Source of the DNA: Nemertoderma westbladi | Taxonomy: Eukaryota; Animalia; Xenacoelomorpha | Direction of reading: 5' to 3' | Assembly (NCBI GenBank): GCA_032718475.1 | Contig: JAUCBJ010006956.1 | Location: 117,334 to 181,333 of the forward strand | Length of the DNA stretch: 64,000 nt | In this document: positions 25,929 to 37,422 of the stretch, piece after piece | Position numbering within the stretch: position 1 is the first letter of the stretch | Layout of the letters: each line of letters begins with the position of its first letter | Notes under the pieces: generated by a model | Told to the model about the DNA's origin: nothing | The model's database searches: none | Seen by the model: only the letters and a program-made list of their open reading frames with translations | Position numbers and translations under genes: made by a program

Positions 25929-27128
25929 TGTAAAAGCTTTTGCGGGATATAACTGGCCCTTTTGCTTCGCAATCCAGTTTCCCTTAATGCGCTCAAATAC
26001 TCTAAAGAAAAACTCCCTAACTCAAAGGATGAAAGCTACCGGCTGATTGGCTGATTTGCCTAGCGACGGCCTCTTTGTTGGGTTCGATCAACCAACCAGA
26101 GCAAGGTCAACCAAGCAGAGCGATTCAGCCTTATGTTGGCTAAATCAATGTAATTGGCTGCAAAGGCTAGGGTGGTTTGGCATTTTAGACGATTTGGAAC
26201 CTGTGGAATATGGAACTCTGCCAATGAGAGCTTTTCCTTTCTGTGTTGAAATCTACCTGCAGCAGCTCACAGGGTTCAGTGTGTTGGTTTTCCTGATGCC
26301 ATGAACATCGGCCATGGAATTATTCTGAATTATTCCAACATTAGAACGTCTTTAATTATAAGATCACATAACTGTTACCGGTACATGACCAGCACTGGAC
26401 AGCGTGAGGACCGGTACGGTACCTGCTGCTGTATTGCACATTATTTACTGCTATTTGCTGTTTGTTATTAAATGTATCATTCGTTTGCATATTGTTATTT
26501 GGAGAATAACTATAAACGATCAGAAACCCCGATCTTCTTGATACACTAAGGTTAGAGAGACCGGCTACATATAGCAATTGCGGCTTATATTATCGTGGTT
26601 TGTAGTGTGTAGTGAATTGAATGCTATTTTATAGGCCCTACAAATGCCGGTTGCTATTCTCTTTATATATGATTAAAATCAGTGACTATCGGCAATTCAG
26701 TGTGCAGCGGTGTGCAATAGTCTGTATGTGCTTGTCCGCGTAACAAAGCATCTCCTAAAGAATGCGCCTTATGTGTAACTTATAATCCATTCGTTGTGTT
26801 TAGTGTAAGCCATAGCTCTGTTTATATAGATAGAGCGCCACGTCCTAAAGGAACTGCTAATATTTCCCGAAAGTGAATAATATTTGTCAGAGATTATATA
26901 TTAACGATCAATCGAATAGTACGGTAGGCCTGCACCGCAATCAAATTAAAGCATCCGAATCCAGTCTCCCGGGTATATCCAGCGGGTGAATGGTCGCGCA
27001 TAGACTGGCTTCGGCTAATGTTGGATTTATTTGTGTCAAATACTTGTCATAGGCTAAAGTCGATTTATAACCTAGAAGACATATAGATTTGGCGGGTTAA
27101 ACTGCCAAAGGTCTTAAAAGCGCGAACA
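25929..27128 (+). mobile_element. Solo LTR (1200 bp) of the BEL/Pao family in this window
   Basis: TGTAAAAGCTTTTGCGG...AAAGCGCGAACA termini homologous to the LTRs at 38210, 51719 and 55037. 5-bp TSD AGTGG (25924-28 and 27129-33). The empty site is preserved in the left foldback arm. Confidence 0.95.
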
Positions 27129-28029
27129 AGTGGATATTTGTGGGAAGGGGGAAGTTTGGTGAACTGCATTTATGCAGTGAATCCAAACTTCCCCCTTTGA
27201 TATATCATATACCGGTACTTAAGACATGCTAGGGTGACGGGGAAATATTTGTTACTGTCACACTTTGCTTCCATTTATCCTATCCTTTATTATTACCCCA
27301 GTCAGATAAGAGATAATAATCAGTAAAAACCAAACTAAACTGTCTTTCATGCAAACAAATTTCTAATTAAAGACGGGTGAATGACCATGACCATGGAAAT
27401 AATTTTAAATATAATCGTATATCAACTCTTTGGGGAGGCTTCCAAACCCAAAAACAATTATTTCGTTACATATAATATAGTTAATAACGTTGTATGTTCT
27501 TCTTCCTCTCATAATAAAATATATATGAAATATCTCTGATCGCTGTGCCCTGGACATTTCACAACCAAAATGTTTCAGTGTGAAAACTGTAGGCCTACCA
27601 CACCCCGCCCAACCGACTGACAACGTTTGAAACAGCAGTATCCTTATGCCACCTCGTTTTTTTTTGTCGCTCGCCCCACCTCCACATTTAATGGGTATGA
27701 TAGATATTGTCTGTGTGTACACAACGTTTTGGTCTAAGCGCTTCTCAGTTATCCCATACTGTATAACTGTAGTCAATTTGTTGGGGTTGTTTGACACCAA
27801 GTACTCAATTAAATTCAATTTGAAGATCACATGATATATTAATCATCAATATTTAATTGCTATTTTTAATTGAATCCTAGATTAATCATAGAATGCAATT
27901 AGCAATGACTTGGCCGGTACGATAATAATTAAGATGGAACCGGTTTGGCAGGGTTGGGCTGAATACTGAATATGATTATGTGGTTGGCGATGTCGAGATT
28001 TGGCTGGTTGATAATTGAGGTGTTGTTGC

Positions 28030-28092
28030 AGCATACGTCATAAAGTTTAACCAATCGCAAGATGTTTTAAGCTCTACTATATATAGAAACCT
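28030..28092 (+). promoter_or_regulatory. Candidate Pol II promoter for the 28359 ORF
   Basis: CRE-like TACGTCA (~28034), CCAAT (~28051) and TATATATAG (~28078), followed ~30 nt later by TCAGT (Inr-like). Confidence 0.45.
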
Positions 28093-28358
28093 GGTCATCA
28101 ATACCGGATTGAATCAGTAAAAGTGACTAATAACTGGTATTGCTTTGGTCACTAATGGTATTCTATGGTCTATGATTCATCACTGTAATTGTAACAATGT
28201 GTATAAATACAGTATGAACTACCACTGTATACAGTGAATAAGAAATCCAGAAATCTTTCAAAATATTAGATATCTAAGGCGCCATACTTTAAATATTGAA
28301 CTACTGTATTAGCCGCTGTACCTGTAAGTGTATTTGAATATTTACCGAACTTTTAATA

Positions 28359-29348
28359 ATGTTTGACGAAAAAGAGGTTGAAGTCCCCTTTACTGTTAGC
28401 GACATGTGGTCGACGACGAAGCTGTCCAATGATGAAATTTGGATGGGAAACACTTTAGACTTAGAGTTTAAACGTTTCATCACCCACATTGAGGGAGATG
28501 TCAAGTCGAAGAACAAAACAAAAGAAAATCCGGAAGAAGAACAAGAAGAAATCACAGAGCCTAGAAGAGTCAGACAACCGAGCAAGGAACAGAAGAAGTA
28601 TTGCCGGGAATGGAGACGAAACAGCCTATCTTATTCTGATGTTGAAAAAAAATCCAACCCGAAAGAAATAAAGAATAAGTCAGTTTCGTTTTCGTTACCG
28701 GCCTCGCGACGTGCATCCGTTTCCATGGCAACTCCAGCAAAAGGTAGACGGCATTCGTGCACTCCTTCCATGTTATTCGTGGAATCGACATTTTCTTTCT
28801 CAAGTTCCAGGAGACACTCTCTCGATAGTAAGACAGCTGATGCTATTGAAACACAGCTTTGTAATTATAACAAAGAAGATGATTCCATAATAGAAGACAC
28901 AGTCATTGTATATGAAGAAGAAGAATTCGATAACGACGATGCATTTTGTGAAGACTTGGTCGACAACGATGATATCAATGCCTCGGTAAATAAAGTTAAT
29001 ATGGAATTCATTATCTCAGAATTCCAGAGTTCCGGCTGCCGGTCTGACAAAAACTGCTGCAAGAAAAATATTCAAGCTGGAATTTCGCCTCTCACAATCG
29101 AAAACTTCCGCAACTCAAAATGTCACCAATGCACCAAAAATTTCTACAACGATTTGGTGAGCTTCCTCGGTGATGAGAAAATGTTTGCTGGAATTTCTGT
29201 TGAGACCTCTTGCGGTAACAAGAAGGACTGTACACGCGCTCACGTTCCTGTTGTTAACGAGCGTTCGCTTTACCGTTGCGATTGCCATGATTGCAGCAAA
29301 CTGTTTATCTCTACTTGCGTTTCATTCGTGTCTGCTGCTTGTGCCTGA
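28359..29348 (+). CDS. Uncharacterised intronless 329-aa protein with several RRxS sites, an acidic tract and two Cys-rich C-terminal repeats
   Basis: Non-repetitive ORF with a good ATG context (ATAATG), an upstream promoter-like cluster and an AT-rich 3' region. No TE motif recognised. Confidence 0.75.
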   Translation: MFDEKEVEVPFTVSDMWSTTKLSNDEIWMGNTLDLEFKRFITHIEGDVKSKNKTKENPEEEQEEITEPRRVRQPSKEQKKYCREWRRNSLSYSDVEKKSNPKEIKNKSVSFSLPASRRASVSMATPAKGRRHSCTPSMLFVESTFSFSSSRRHSLDSKTADAIETQLCNYNKEDDSIIEDTVIVYEEEEFDNDDAFCEDLVDNDDINASVNKVNMEFIISEFQSSGCRSDKNCCKKNIQAGISPLTIENFRNSKCHQCTKNFYNDLVSFLGDEKMFAGISVETSCGNKKDCTRAHVPVVNERSLYRCDCHDCSKLFISTCVSFVSAACA

Positions 29349-31681
29349 CTACAGCGAAAAAAACTGTCAAACTTTACAACCTCTTTTATTGTATGTCTTT
29401 ATTTTTTTGCAATTGTTGTGCTGTATTTGTGCTACTTGTATTACTTATTCATTTATCTAACCGTCTTTATAAAATCAGCCATTGCGAACATATGTATTGT
29501 TTTAGTTTATAAGCTAATCTACCAAGGCCAGGCATGGCTTGTTCCTAGATCTAGAACGTGTTTCAAGACCTACTGTACATGTTTTTAGAATATGATCCTA
29601 CTTTAAACTCAACATTTCAGAATGTTTTGTTTGTATCGTGCAGGTTAGTGAAGTTGAAGAATAGGTTATTATAGGTGGGATGAACGATTAAACAAAACAA
29701 TGAACGAGCGTTAGAAATTTGAGACGGTTGGGAAACTTGATGAAAATCCCATTTCGGCGAATTAAAATCTCACCTTGACGAAATAATAATTAATGATGCT
29801 AATTATTACTCAAGGAAATAGGAGAAGGCAGGGTGGCATGTTATTCTTAATCAAAACAATAAACGAAAGACAATGGAACAGTTATATTTTTGGGAGTAAT
29901 AAGCCGTTATTTTGGATAGATTTTCTCCAGCAGTATAGGGATGAGTTATTAATACGATAGCACCCACCCCCCCCCCCCCCCTCCCCTCATATTTGAGAAA
30001 TTTAGGCCTAAAGAAAAATAATAATACAGTATGGTCAAAAAGTAAAAATCTAGGGTAAGACAAACTATAAAATTGTTCTTATTGTACCACCACACCACCG
30101 TGTACAACGTTAAACTGACTGTCATTTAATGTCATAAGATGTCATTTAGAATTACACACAGAGTAGGCTACTTTGAATTTATCAAATAGGCGGGACTTTT
30201 GATGCAAATGGGGGACTTCCCCCCCCCCCCCCCCCCCCTGTCTTGAAATTATTGTTATGGTAAAATGTAACCAAGTTTGGTTCCATTTGATGTGAAATTA
30301 ACCAACTTCAAACACTTGCCACGATGTCGACAACGACGACAGACTGTCTACTAATTATACCGCTATGCTAACAATCACCTAGACTTCGTGGCTCGCCCCA
30401 CAATCGGAGTTGGGGTATACTAGGGTTTTCACTTTTCGGTTTCAATTTTTTGCATTTTCATATACATAATGACCATTTTCTTTATATTTCTCACCCCAGC
30501 CAGGTATTCACTATTAGTAGACCCCCTCATCCTAAATGATGCTTAGTTAGTGAGCTTCCATTGGAAATCCATTGTCCAGTCTCCCTGGTACCAGTAAAGG
30601 TGGTTCAGAGATACACTTTACCGTGGCAGCTCTGCGATACAGATTGGTCTCATTGCTGTCAGTTAATACGCTCCGCACAACAGAACACGTTCGTGGAGCC
30701 TTCGCGCAGCACCAAACTCGGCTAACCGAGAAAGCTGTGTTCCCGATTACTTGTTTCTGATTGCTCTACTAGGCCTACTTCGTTAGGCCTACTTGTTCTA
30801 TTTAATCAATGCTCTTAGGTAACTACAACCAAATTTCAGATGAATGTGATGGTTGGTTCTATAATTACAGCTACTTCTACGTTTCTGTCAATTCGCCCCC
30901 AACCATCAGGCGAGACAGAGGCGAGCAGACAGAGGAACAATAAATGTGAAATGAAACCTTTGACTGACCACATGTTTACCGTTTAATTTCAAGAATAATT
31001 GACCGACTTATTTCGGTTTTTATCAAAAGTCTGAAACTACTGTCTGAGTTTTGACCAAGCTTGAGATTCTAATCTTTTGGCAGACTACATACGTATCAAG
31101 TTCGGTTTAATTTCATCAAGGAATAACTGAGTTATTAGCGATCAAAAATTTACAACGTCGACGACAGACAATGGTACCTATATACTTGAATGAGCTTACC
31201 TTGTTAGGATCCATGTTAGCACTGATGGAAAGGATTTCCTGTAAGGCTTCCAAGTTTGTAAAAACATATGAATGTTGAGCGTTCGAATACTTTTTGCCCA
31301 TGTTTGTTTCATCTTTTTGCATCTTCGTGAGGCTACTGTATTTCATTTTATTTAATAATTACTGTACACACAATCTGGAAAATTTTATTTGTTTTAAAAT
31401 ATAAAATTTAATTATAAATTACGTTTAAATATAAGTCTATGAGCCAATTTACCTTACCGAAATGTAATTTACTACCTAATAATGTTTGTATTCATGTTAA
31501 CTGTCGTTCCAGAATACAACAGTAAACTTGTGTAGGTATTATACGTACAAGTAACTAAATGTTTTTGTTATCAATGCATTAGGTATTCTTTCTATGGAAT
31601 TGACATAGACCTATCTAGTTAGTAGATTCTGCAGAACCAATATAAATAATATGTAGTAATAAAACTGTAATTAAAAATACA

Positions 31682-33832
31682 ATGGATTACCTTAAACTTC
31701 ATATCAAGCACCGGCGTGAAGAGCATATTCTCAAAGTAGCAAGCGCATGTACATTCCTGCAAGTAACAGAAAAAGTTAAACGAATTTTAGCCGAGAACGC
31801 CAATCATAGGGCTAATGCGAATCATTCCTTCTATCTGAGTGTTAATGGCCGCGATAAGTGGTACAACATAAACTCCAAAGCTTCGCTCAAGGCCTTGGGG
31901 TTGAGACAACACGATACTCTGCAAGTGGTCTGCAACTGCAAACGGAAGCATTGGTGGCATTTATTTAAAACGAAATCTAAGGGTGGAAAGGTGTACAAGT
32001 TGGGTATCGTCGATTCGGCTGTACAAAGGGGTAAAAACCGCGGTGGTGGACGCGAAGAAGCTGGCGACATTGTGGCGGTTGCCAATCACAATTATGATTC
32101 GGTTCTAGAACAGGTTAATTGTAAATTAAATGGAAGATTGATACGCAGGTCTTATTCAGATCCCTATGTCAAAGACGTGGAGAAAGCGATTACATTATAT
32201 TCCATTAAAACAGAAGGAGAAAATGCCGACAACTCATCTGACTCAAATACATCTACCGGCATCAACTTGAATTTTAAAGACGAAATTCCTGATTCAAAAA
32301 GTAACAACAACAAACCAGTAATCAACAGCGATTCAGAAACGAACGTAACTCTTCTCTTGCGACAAAACGATTCAACAAACGTTTCAAAGGAAATGATTTT
32401 ACCCAACAGTGATAGCAATTTAAGTAGAGATAGCAGTTCACAATCGAGCATTTTCAGTAAACAAAGTATTCCTGATACTTTCCTTATCAATACAGAAGAA
32501 CCAGAAATTTACCTAGAAAGCAAAAATACCATTTTGAAAATGAAACATAATAGTTCTTCAGCCAACACAACCAAAAGCCTTATGAATATAGATAATTGCG
32601 CACGGAGAGATGACCTGTTTACTGATAATGGAATAAAATCGGCGACAAACCTGGCCTACATAGAAGATTTCGCGGACCATCAAACTATATCAAGTTTAAC
32701 AAGAAATCCTGACCAATATTCAAGTGACCAGGGAAATTGTTATCCTGGTAGTATCCATAAAAAAATAACGCCAACTGGTATAATTAAATCCTGCGGAAGG
32801 GGCATCTCAGCAACAAAGATACAAAGTGGTTCTTATATCAGTAGATTCTCATCGGTATCAGAATGCAGCAGTGAGGAGAAATATATAATTTTGAATGATG
32901 AAAGTGAACCAGTGCCAGCAGGCAATTCTGAAAAGTATTGTCTAAATAAAGATGTATCAAATACACTGCGTCAATTGGTCGAGGGTACGACAGTTGAATG
33001 TGCGGACGAACGTTTGGCGTTAGCCGTCCATGCAGTTATGCTGGACGCGGGGTTTTACCTGCAGGGCTCCAGGTCTGCCAATACCTGCAAAGCGGAATTT
33101 CTACCTCCATGTTTTCAGAGGAAATCCAGTGAAATTTCAGTATATAAGTCGAAGAAATCAGATTCAGTCGATTCGTTCACATGGCAAAAGCAACCGAAAT
33201 TGGCTAATAATTTAGAACGTTTTGGTAGTGAAACAAAACACGTTCGGCTTCCCGCAAAAGTCCCGGAAGACTGGAAAAGCAATGGGCTCTTTAGGATGAG
33301 ATATTACCACAACCGTATACATAGAGACATTGACTTTGGTGATACAGAGGAACAACCGCTATGTGTTCTCGTTTGCGCCCCTTGTGGGACGCATATGGTC
33401 GTGTGCGCAATAATTCACGGTTACAAGGATGAGAGTTTTACAAAGATAGTACTTCCAATCGACAAATATATTCGAAATATTCCATCAAACGCCACTAAAA
33501 TTGAACAAATTGGTAGTTATCGTAGTTTACCCCAACTATCAGCAGTAGTCAAAGCTGCTATTTGTAACGTTATGTCCATGAAACTATGCAATATTTTGAA
33601 TTTGGAAAAACCAAGGCAATTCCAAGGTCTTCCCCGTGAGATTCTAATCGATATCATGGGATTCTTTGATGTAAAATCAATTGTAAATCCATCCTCAACG
33701 CTAGGGTATTTGTACATGCGGAACTTTGGAGTCCACAGTAAAACTGCCGTTAATATGCTGAAGAATAAATCAGAGTTTGATGAACAACTAGACGATGAGG
33801 ATGCTCAAAGTGATTACAGCGACTGTTTGTGA
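31682..33832 (+). CDS. FBXO7/PI31-like protein (Ubl domain, long Ser-rich linker, FP domain, F-box remnant), intronless
   Basis: N-terminal ubiquitin-like LKLHIK...FYLSVNG...LKALGLRQHDTL; FP/PI31-N-like ADERLALAVHAVMLDAGF...PEDWK...MRYYH; F-box-like FQGLPREILIDIMGFFDVKSI. AATAAA at ~33925. Confidence 0.8.
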   Translation: MDYLKLHIKHRREEHILKVASACTFLQVTEKVKRILAENANHRANANHSFYLSVNGRDKWYNINSKASLKALGLRQHDTLQVVCNCKRKHWWHLFKTKSKGGKVYKLGIVDSAVQRGKNRGGGREEAGDIVAVANHNYDSVLEQVNCKLNGRLIRRSYSDPYVKDVEKAITLYSIKTEGENADNSSDSNTSTGINLNFKDEIPDSKSNNNKPVINSDSETNVTLLLRQNDSTNVSKEMILPNSDSNLSRDSSSQSSIFSKQSIPDTFLINTEEPEIYLESKNTILKMKHNSSSANTTKSLMNIDNCARRDDLFTDNGIKSATNLAYIEDFADHQTISSLTRNPDQYSSDQGNCYPGSIHKKITPTGIIKSCGRGISATKIQSGSYISRFSSVSECSSEEKYIILNDESEPVPAGNSEKYCLNKDVSNTLRQLVEGTTVECADERLALAVHAVMLDAGFYLQGSRSANTCKAEFLPPCFQRKSSEISVYKSKKSDSVDSFTWQKQPKLANNLERFGSETKHVRLPAKVPEDWKSNGLFRMRYYHNRIHRDIDFGDTEEQPLCVLVCAPCGTHMVVCAIIHGYKDESFTKIVLPIDKYIRNIPSNATKIEQIGSYRSLPQLSAVVKAAICNVMSMKLCNILNLEKPRQFQGLPREILIDIMGFFDVKSIVNPSSTLGYLYMRNFGVHSKTAVNMLKNKSEFDEQLDDEDAQSDYSDCL

Positions 33833-34724
33833 GAGAACATAACGCAGTTCTACTGAACTCTGTATTAATCAGGTTCAATATCGCTGGGTTGAGCCTTCAG
33901 CCACTTTTCATTCAAATATTATTTAATAAAAAAAATGTCTGTAATTTTGGTCTATAATTTTCGATCGGTTATATGTTTGGGTTTCTTTCCAACTATTTAC
34001 TGTTTATGCAGTAGAGTGCCACCCCGAACTATCATCATCGAAAATTATTCAATTAATTGATTACAAAGATTACCGTGAATTATTTATTACATGGGAAAGA
34101 AGTATAATTGCCTGCGCCTATCGCCTGCGAGGTTAACAAAGGGTCGAGAAAATATTATTTGAAAAATATTTTCTACATTTTTTCCCAATATACGTAATGT
34201 TATTCTTAAATTTGTAAAGATACTGTAGAACGAAATAGCGGCTTACCTACATAAACCAATATTTGATATTGAGTTCAGTCTAGGAGTTCGCCTTGCGAAC
34301 ACTAAAGTTGCAAGGGTTTTATGGGAGTTGCATGATCTATACAGGGAGGTTCGTTATTTGCACTAATTTGTTATGCAATATAATCTGACGATGTTTGTAG
34401 TGTAGTAGGCCTATCGTAGACAAGACGAAAATTACGCCGCGTATATAGTATATTAATTAATTTACGTAAACGGTGATTGTCATAGTTTAAATGCGTCACT
34501 GTAATATGAACCACTGGTTAAACCAAGTTATTGTCCTCCATAAACAACATCTAATGTAAGGGACACTGTTACCGCAGGAGCGATGAACCAGTAAAAAATA
34601 TCTTTTATGTTCTAGATTTTTCTTTGGTATCAACAAAATAGAAGAAAAAACATAATTACATACCTTCGCCAAGGATATTGGTCTACTGTGTCCTTGTCTT
34701 CTCTCTCTTGCGTTCGATATGAAA

Positions 34725-34820
34725 GGGACTAGCCAGATGCCCTCACTTCCCTTGCTTCAATAAATGTTACCTAGCTAAATGAGTACCGACATGTTACATT
34801 TGGGGAGTGTAGTTCCGGTT
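34725..34820 (+). mobile_element. Degenerate SINE central-domain fragment
   Basis: TAGCTAAATGAGTAC...TGGGGAGT is shared with the SINE at 48815-49098. Confidence 0.5.
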
Positions 34821-34882
34821 GGGGATGGGGGGGGGGGGGGGGGGGGGGGTCGAGTCACTCGCTTACAGTACTTTGTTAACTC

Positions 34883-35140
34883 GGCCGCTTGGTATAATGG
34901 TGACATTCTTGGGCTTCCATTCTGGAGGCCCTGTTTCAATCCCTACAGTAGATAGGGCAGCACTGTTTGGGCACAGTGATTTAAATCCTGCTGCCAACCC
35001 AACCCAATACAGGCTTTCACCCTTGACAGGTCGATAAGGGAACTAACAACCAAGGCAAGGCATCTCCTGAAACCGAGTGGAAAGGTATACTGTGGAACAT
35101 CACCCATGGTGATGAACGCTTAATGAGCCTTTCATGAGCC
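34883..35140 (+). mobile_element. tRNA-derived SINE
   Basis: A-box TGGTATAATGG and B-box-like GTTTCAATCCC. Central GCTTTCACCCTT...GGTCGATAA resembles the Deu/Nin-type conserved domain. Confidence 0.6.
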
Positions 35141-35144
35141 CTCA

Positions 35145-35735
35145 CTGATTCTTTATCTGCGCTCACGGAGGGTGGTTGATACAGGTGGTATTGTATCATA
35201 AAGCTCGGTGTTTGTCTGTGTTGCCTCCAGTTGATGTTTAGGGCTGTCCTTAATAGTCTTGTGCAGCAACCATCAATTCGTTGATCATGTGATTTCATCA
35301 GTGTCCCGGTCTTACCCCCTTATAAAAGTACACTTTCCACTGTGGCTCGAAAGAACTTAGTCTTCAGGTGCCTGGAGAGATCTGATTTCCAGATGGTATC
35401 CATTTTTGCTAGAGCTACCCAATACCCAACCCATGCCTTTACTTTCCTAACTTCTATGTCTTTTTTGCTACATTCTATCCATGACCCAAGGTACTGGAAG
35501 TCGTCGACCTTCCTTAGTTGATCACTATCAATGGTTGTCAAGTTTCCATCAACATTAAAGGTCATGAATTCGGTCTTGGTAGCATTTATATGCAATCTAA
35601 CCTCCTTAGCAGCTCTCTCCACTTTATTCAGTAGAAGCTGTGTATCTGCTAGCGTATTAGAGAGCAGAGCGATGTCATCTGCAAAGTCGGTGTCTTTACA
35701 AAGGGCAAAGGGTTGTGAATCCCAGATCTTCACCC
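35145..35735 (-). pseudogene. RTE-like LINE RT 3' fragment
   Basis: DFADDIALL...INATKTEFM...DFQYLGSWI...FFRATVESVLL, continued by IDGCCTRLLRTALNINW in another frame. Confidence 0.88.
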
Positions 35736-37422
35736 TTTGTGGCCGTCCTTATTGCGTAATATAGTACAATTACAAATACTGTAGTAATGGTGCCATGATG
35801 TGTCACCTTGTGCGCGCCAGCCATGATTGAGAAGACGTTTATTCGTTTATTTAACACGATTCCGATAATTACTACAGAAAAACAACGATTTGGATGCTTT
35901 TAAGACGTAATTATTACAATGTCGCTAAGTTAAAACCACCAAATCTATATACAGAGTTTATCGCCTATAATCCCCTTATTCAAAGAAGGACAAGAGGGAC
36001 ATCGGGGTGAATATACAATAAAACATAGTAATCTCCACCTTCCCCATATCTTGAGCTATGAAATTAGTAAATTATTATTCACGGTTTTGTTTTTCCCTCA
36101 CTACCTGTATTCGAAGAGACAGTAACAAAGTACCCTGCAATATCCTACTGTAAAGTCTGTGAATCAAAACGTAATCCGACCTTCTCACCAAAACAGTAAA
36201 CTCTAAGTACAGTAAGCAAATCTATTGCAGTATCGGTCTCTTATAACCGGTGAGGCAGAAAACAGTCTACGAACGGACAAACTTCGATAAAACAAAATCC
36301 CGCGCAGCGAATCCTAAAATCGGACTAAGGGCGCTCGTATACTTTGCCGTGGTGTGATTTATATGGGTGGGTGAGAGAGACGCTAGCTAGATGTCTAACT
36401 AGCGGGCAAAGCGCAGTATGGACAAAATTATTTTTATATATTTTGAGGTGTAAATAATTCCTAACGCGTGTGTGTCTTGATTCTAACAGTCAAAATCAGT
36501 TTTAGATCCTTCACATATATAATTACTGGGTCCGGTGTACATTTTACAAAATATTCTAATTTTGTAGCTTGTAGGTCCAATACTCACGAATGATAAGGCT
36601 CCTTCCCCTTTTGTGTATTTCCAGGACTCAAATTCAGGCATAAGGTTAATACTACACCCAGAATTCGGCAATTTAATTTACCAGGTCCCTAATACTAAGA
36701 AGAAATGTGTTAGTTTACTACAGTAGGCGTACAGTTACAAAATAGCTAGCCTGGTGTTCTATCTAGAATTTTGGTTGCCGAGGTGGGCACGGCAACTCCC
36801 TATCAGAATGTCGGCGGGGACACGGTAGATGTTAGTATCCCTAATAGCCTCAATTTATATGCGCCTAGCAGTAAACTGCCCTACCGCCTGAACGGTACAA
36901 TCCCAATTCAGGTAAAAACACAGTAACCCTTCCTGGCCTACAAGTTCTAACGCAAATAAACACCGTTGTACCACAAACGGGCCACCGACGCACCTATACC
37001 TGGCAAATGAGTTAGGCGTACAGCTTGCTGCACCCTACTAATGTGTATGCCTTGAACTGGTGTGCCTGCGTCCTATCTGTGTACTAGTATCTCTCTCTGC
37101 CTGCTCTTTCTCCTCTCCTCCCGTAGGAATGTGAAGGTCTACTGCGGGTTTTTCTGAATTAAGACAGTACAGTCCCTAAATGTAAATTTTAGCGCACAGC
37201 GTGTCAGTACCTCTACCTTCGATCTTAGGTCTTACACTTAGGTAACGAGGCATCGAACGCTGTCTAACCTTTCAGGCGATGGGCGAATAACTAAGAATGG
37301 GTATTGCGGGTTGTCTCCTTTCTACATTCCTCCGATGTTCCCGTCTATTGCCGCGATCCGATGTCTAGCCTGCCATCTGTCTCTCAGTTGTGTTCACCGT
37401 GGTGAAACATAGTAAAAGCAGA

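Larger units (their letters stand above)
22408..27474. mobile_element. Large non-coding foldback element with ~1.2-kb inverted arms
   Basis: 22410-23596 is the reverse complement of 25112-25928 plus 27134-27472. The right arm is split by a solo LTR. The 1.5-kb spacer has no transposase. Confidence 0.88.
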
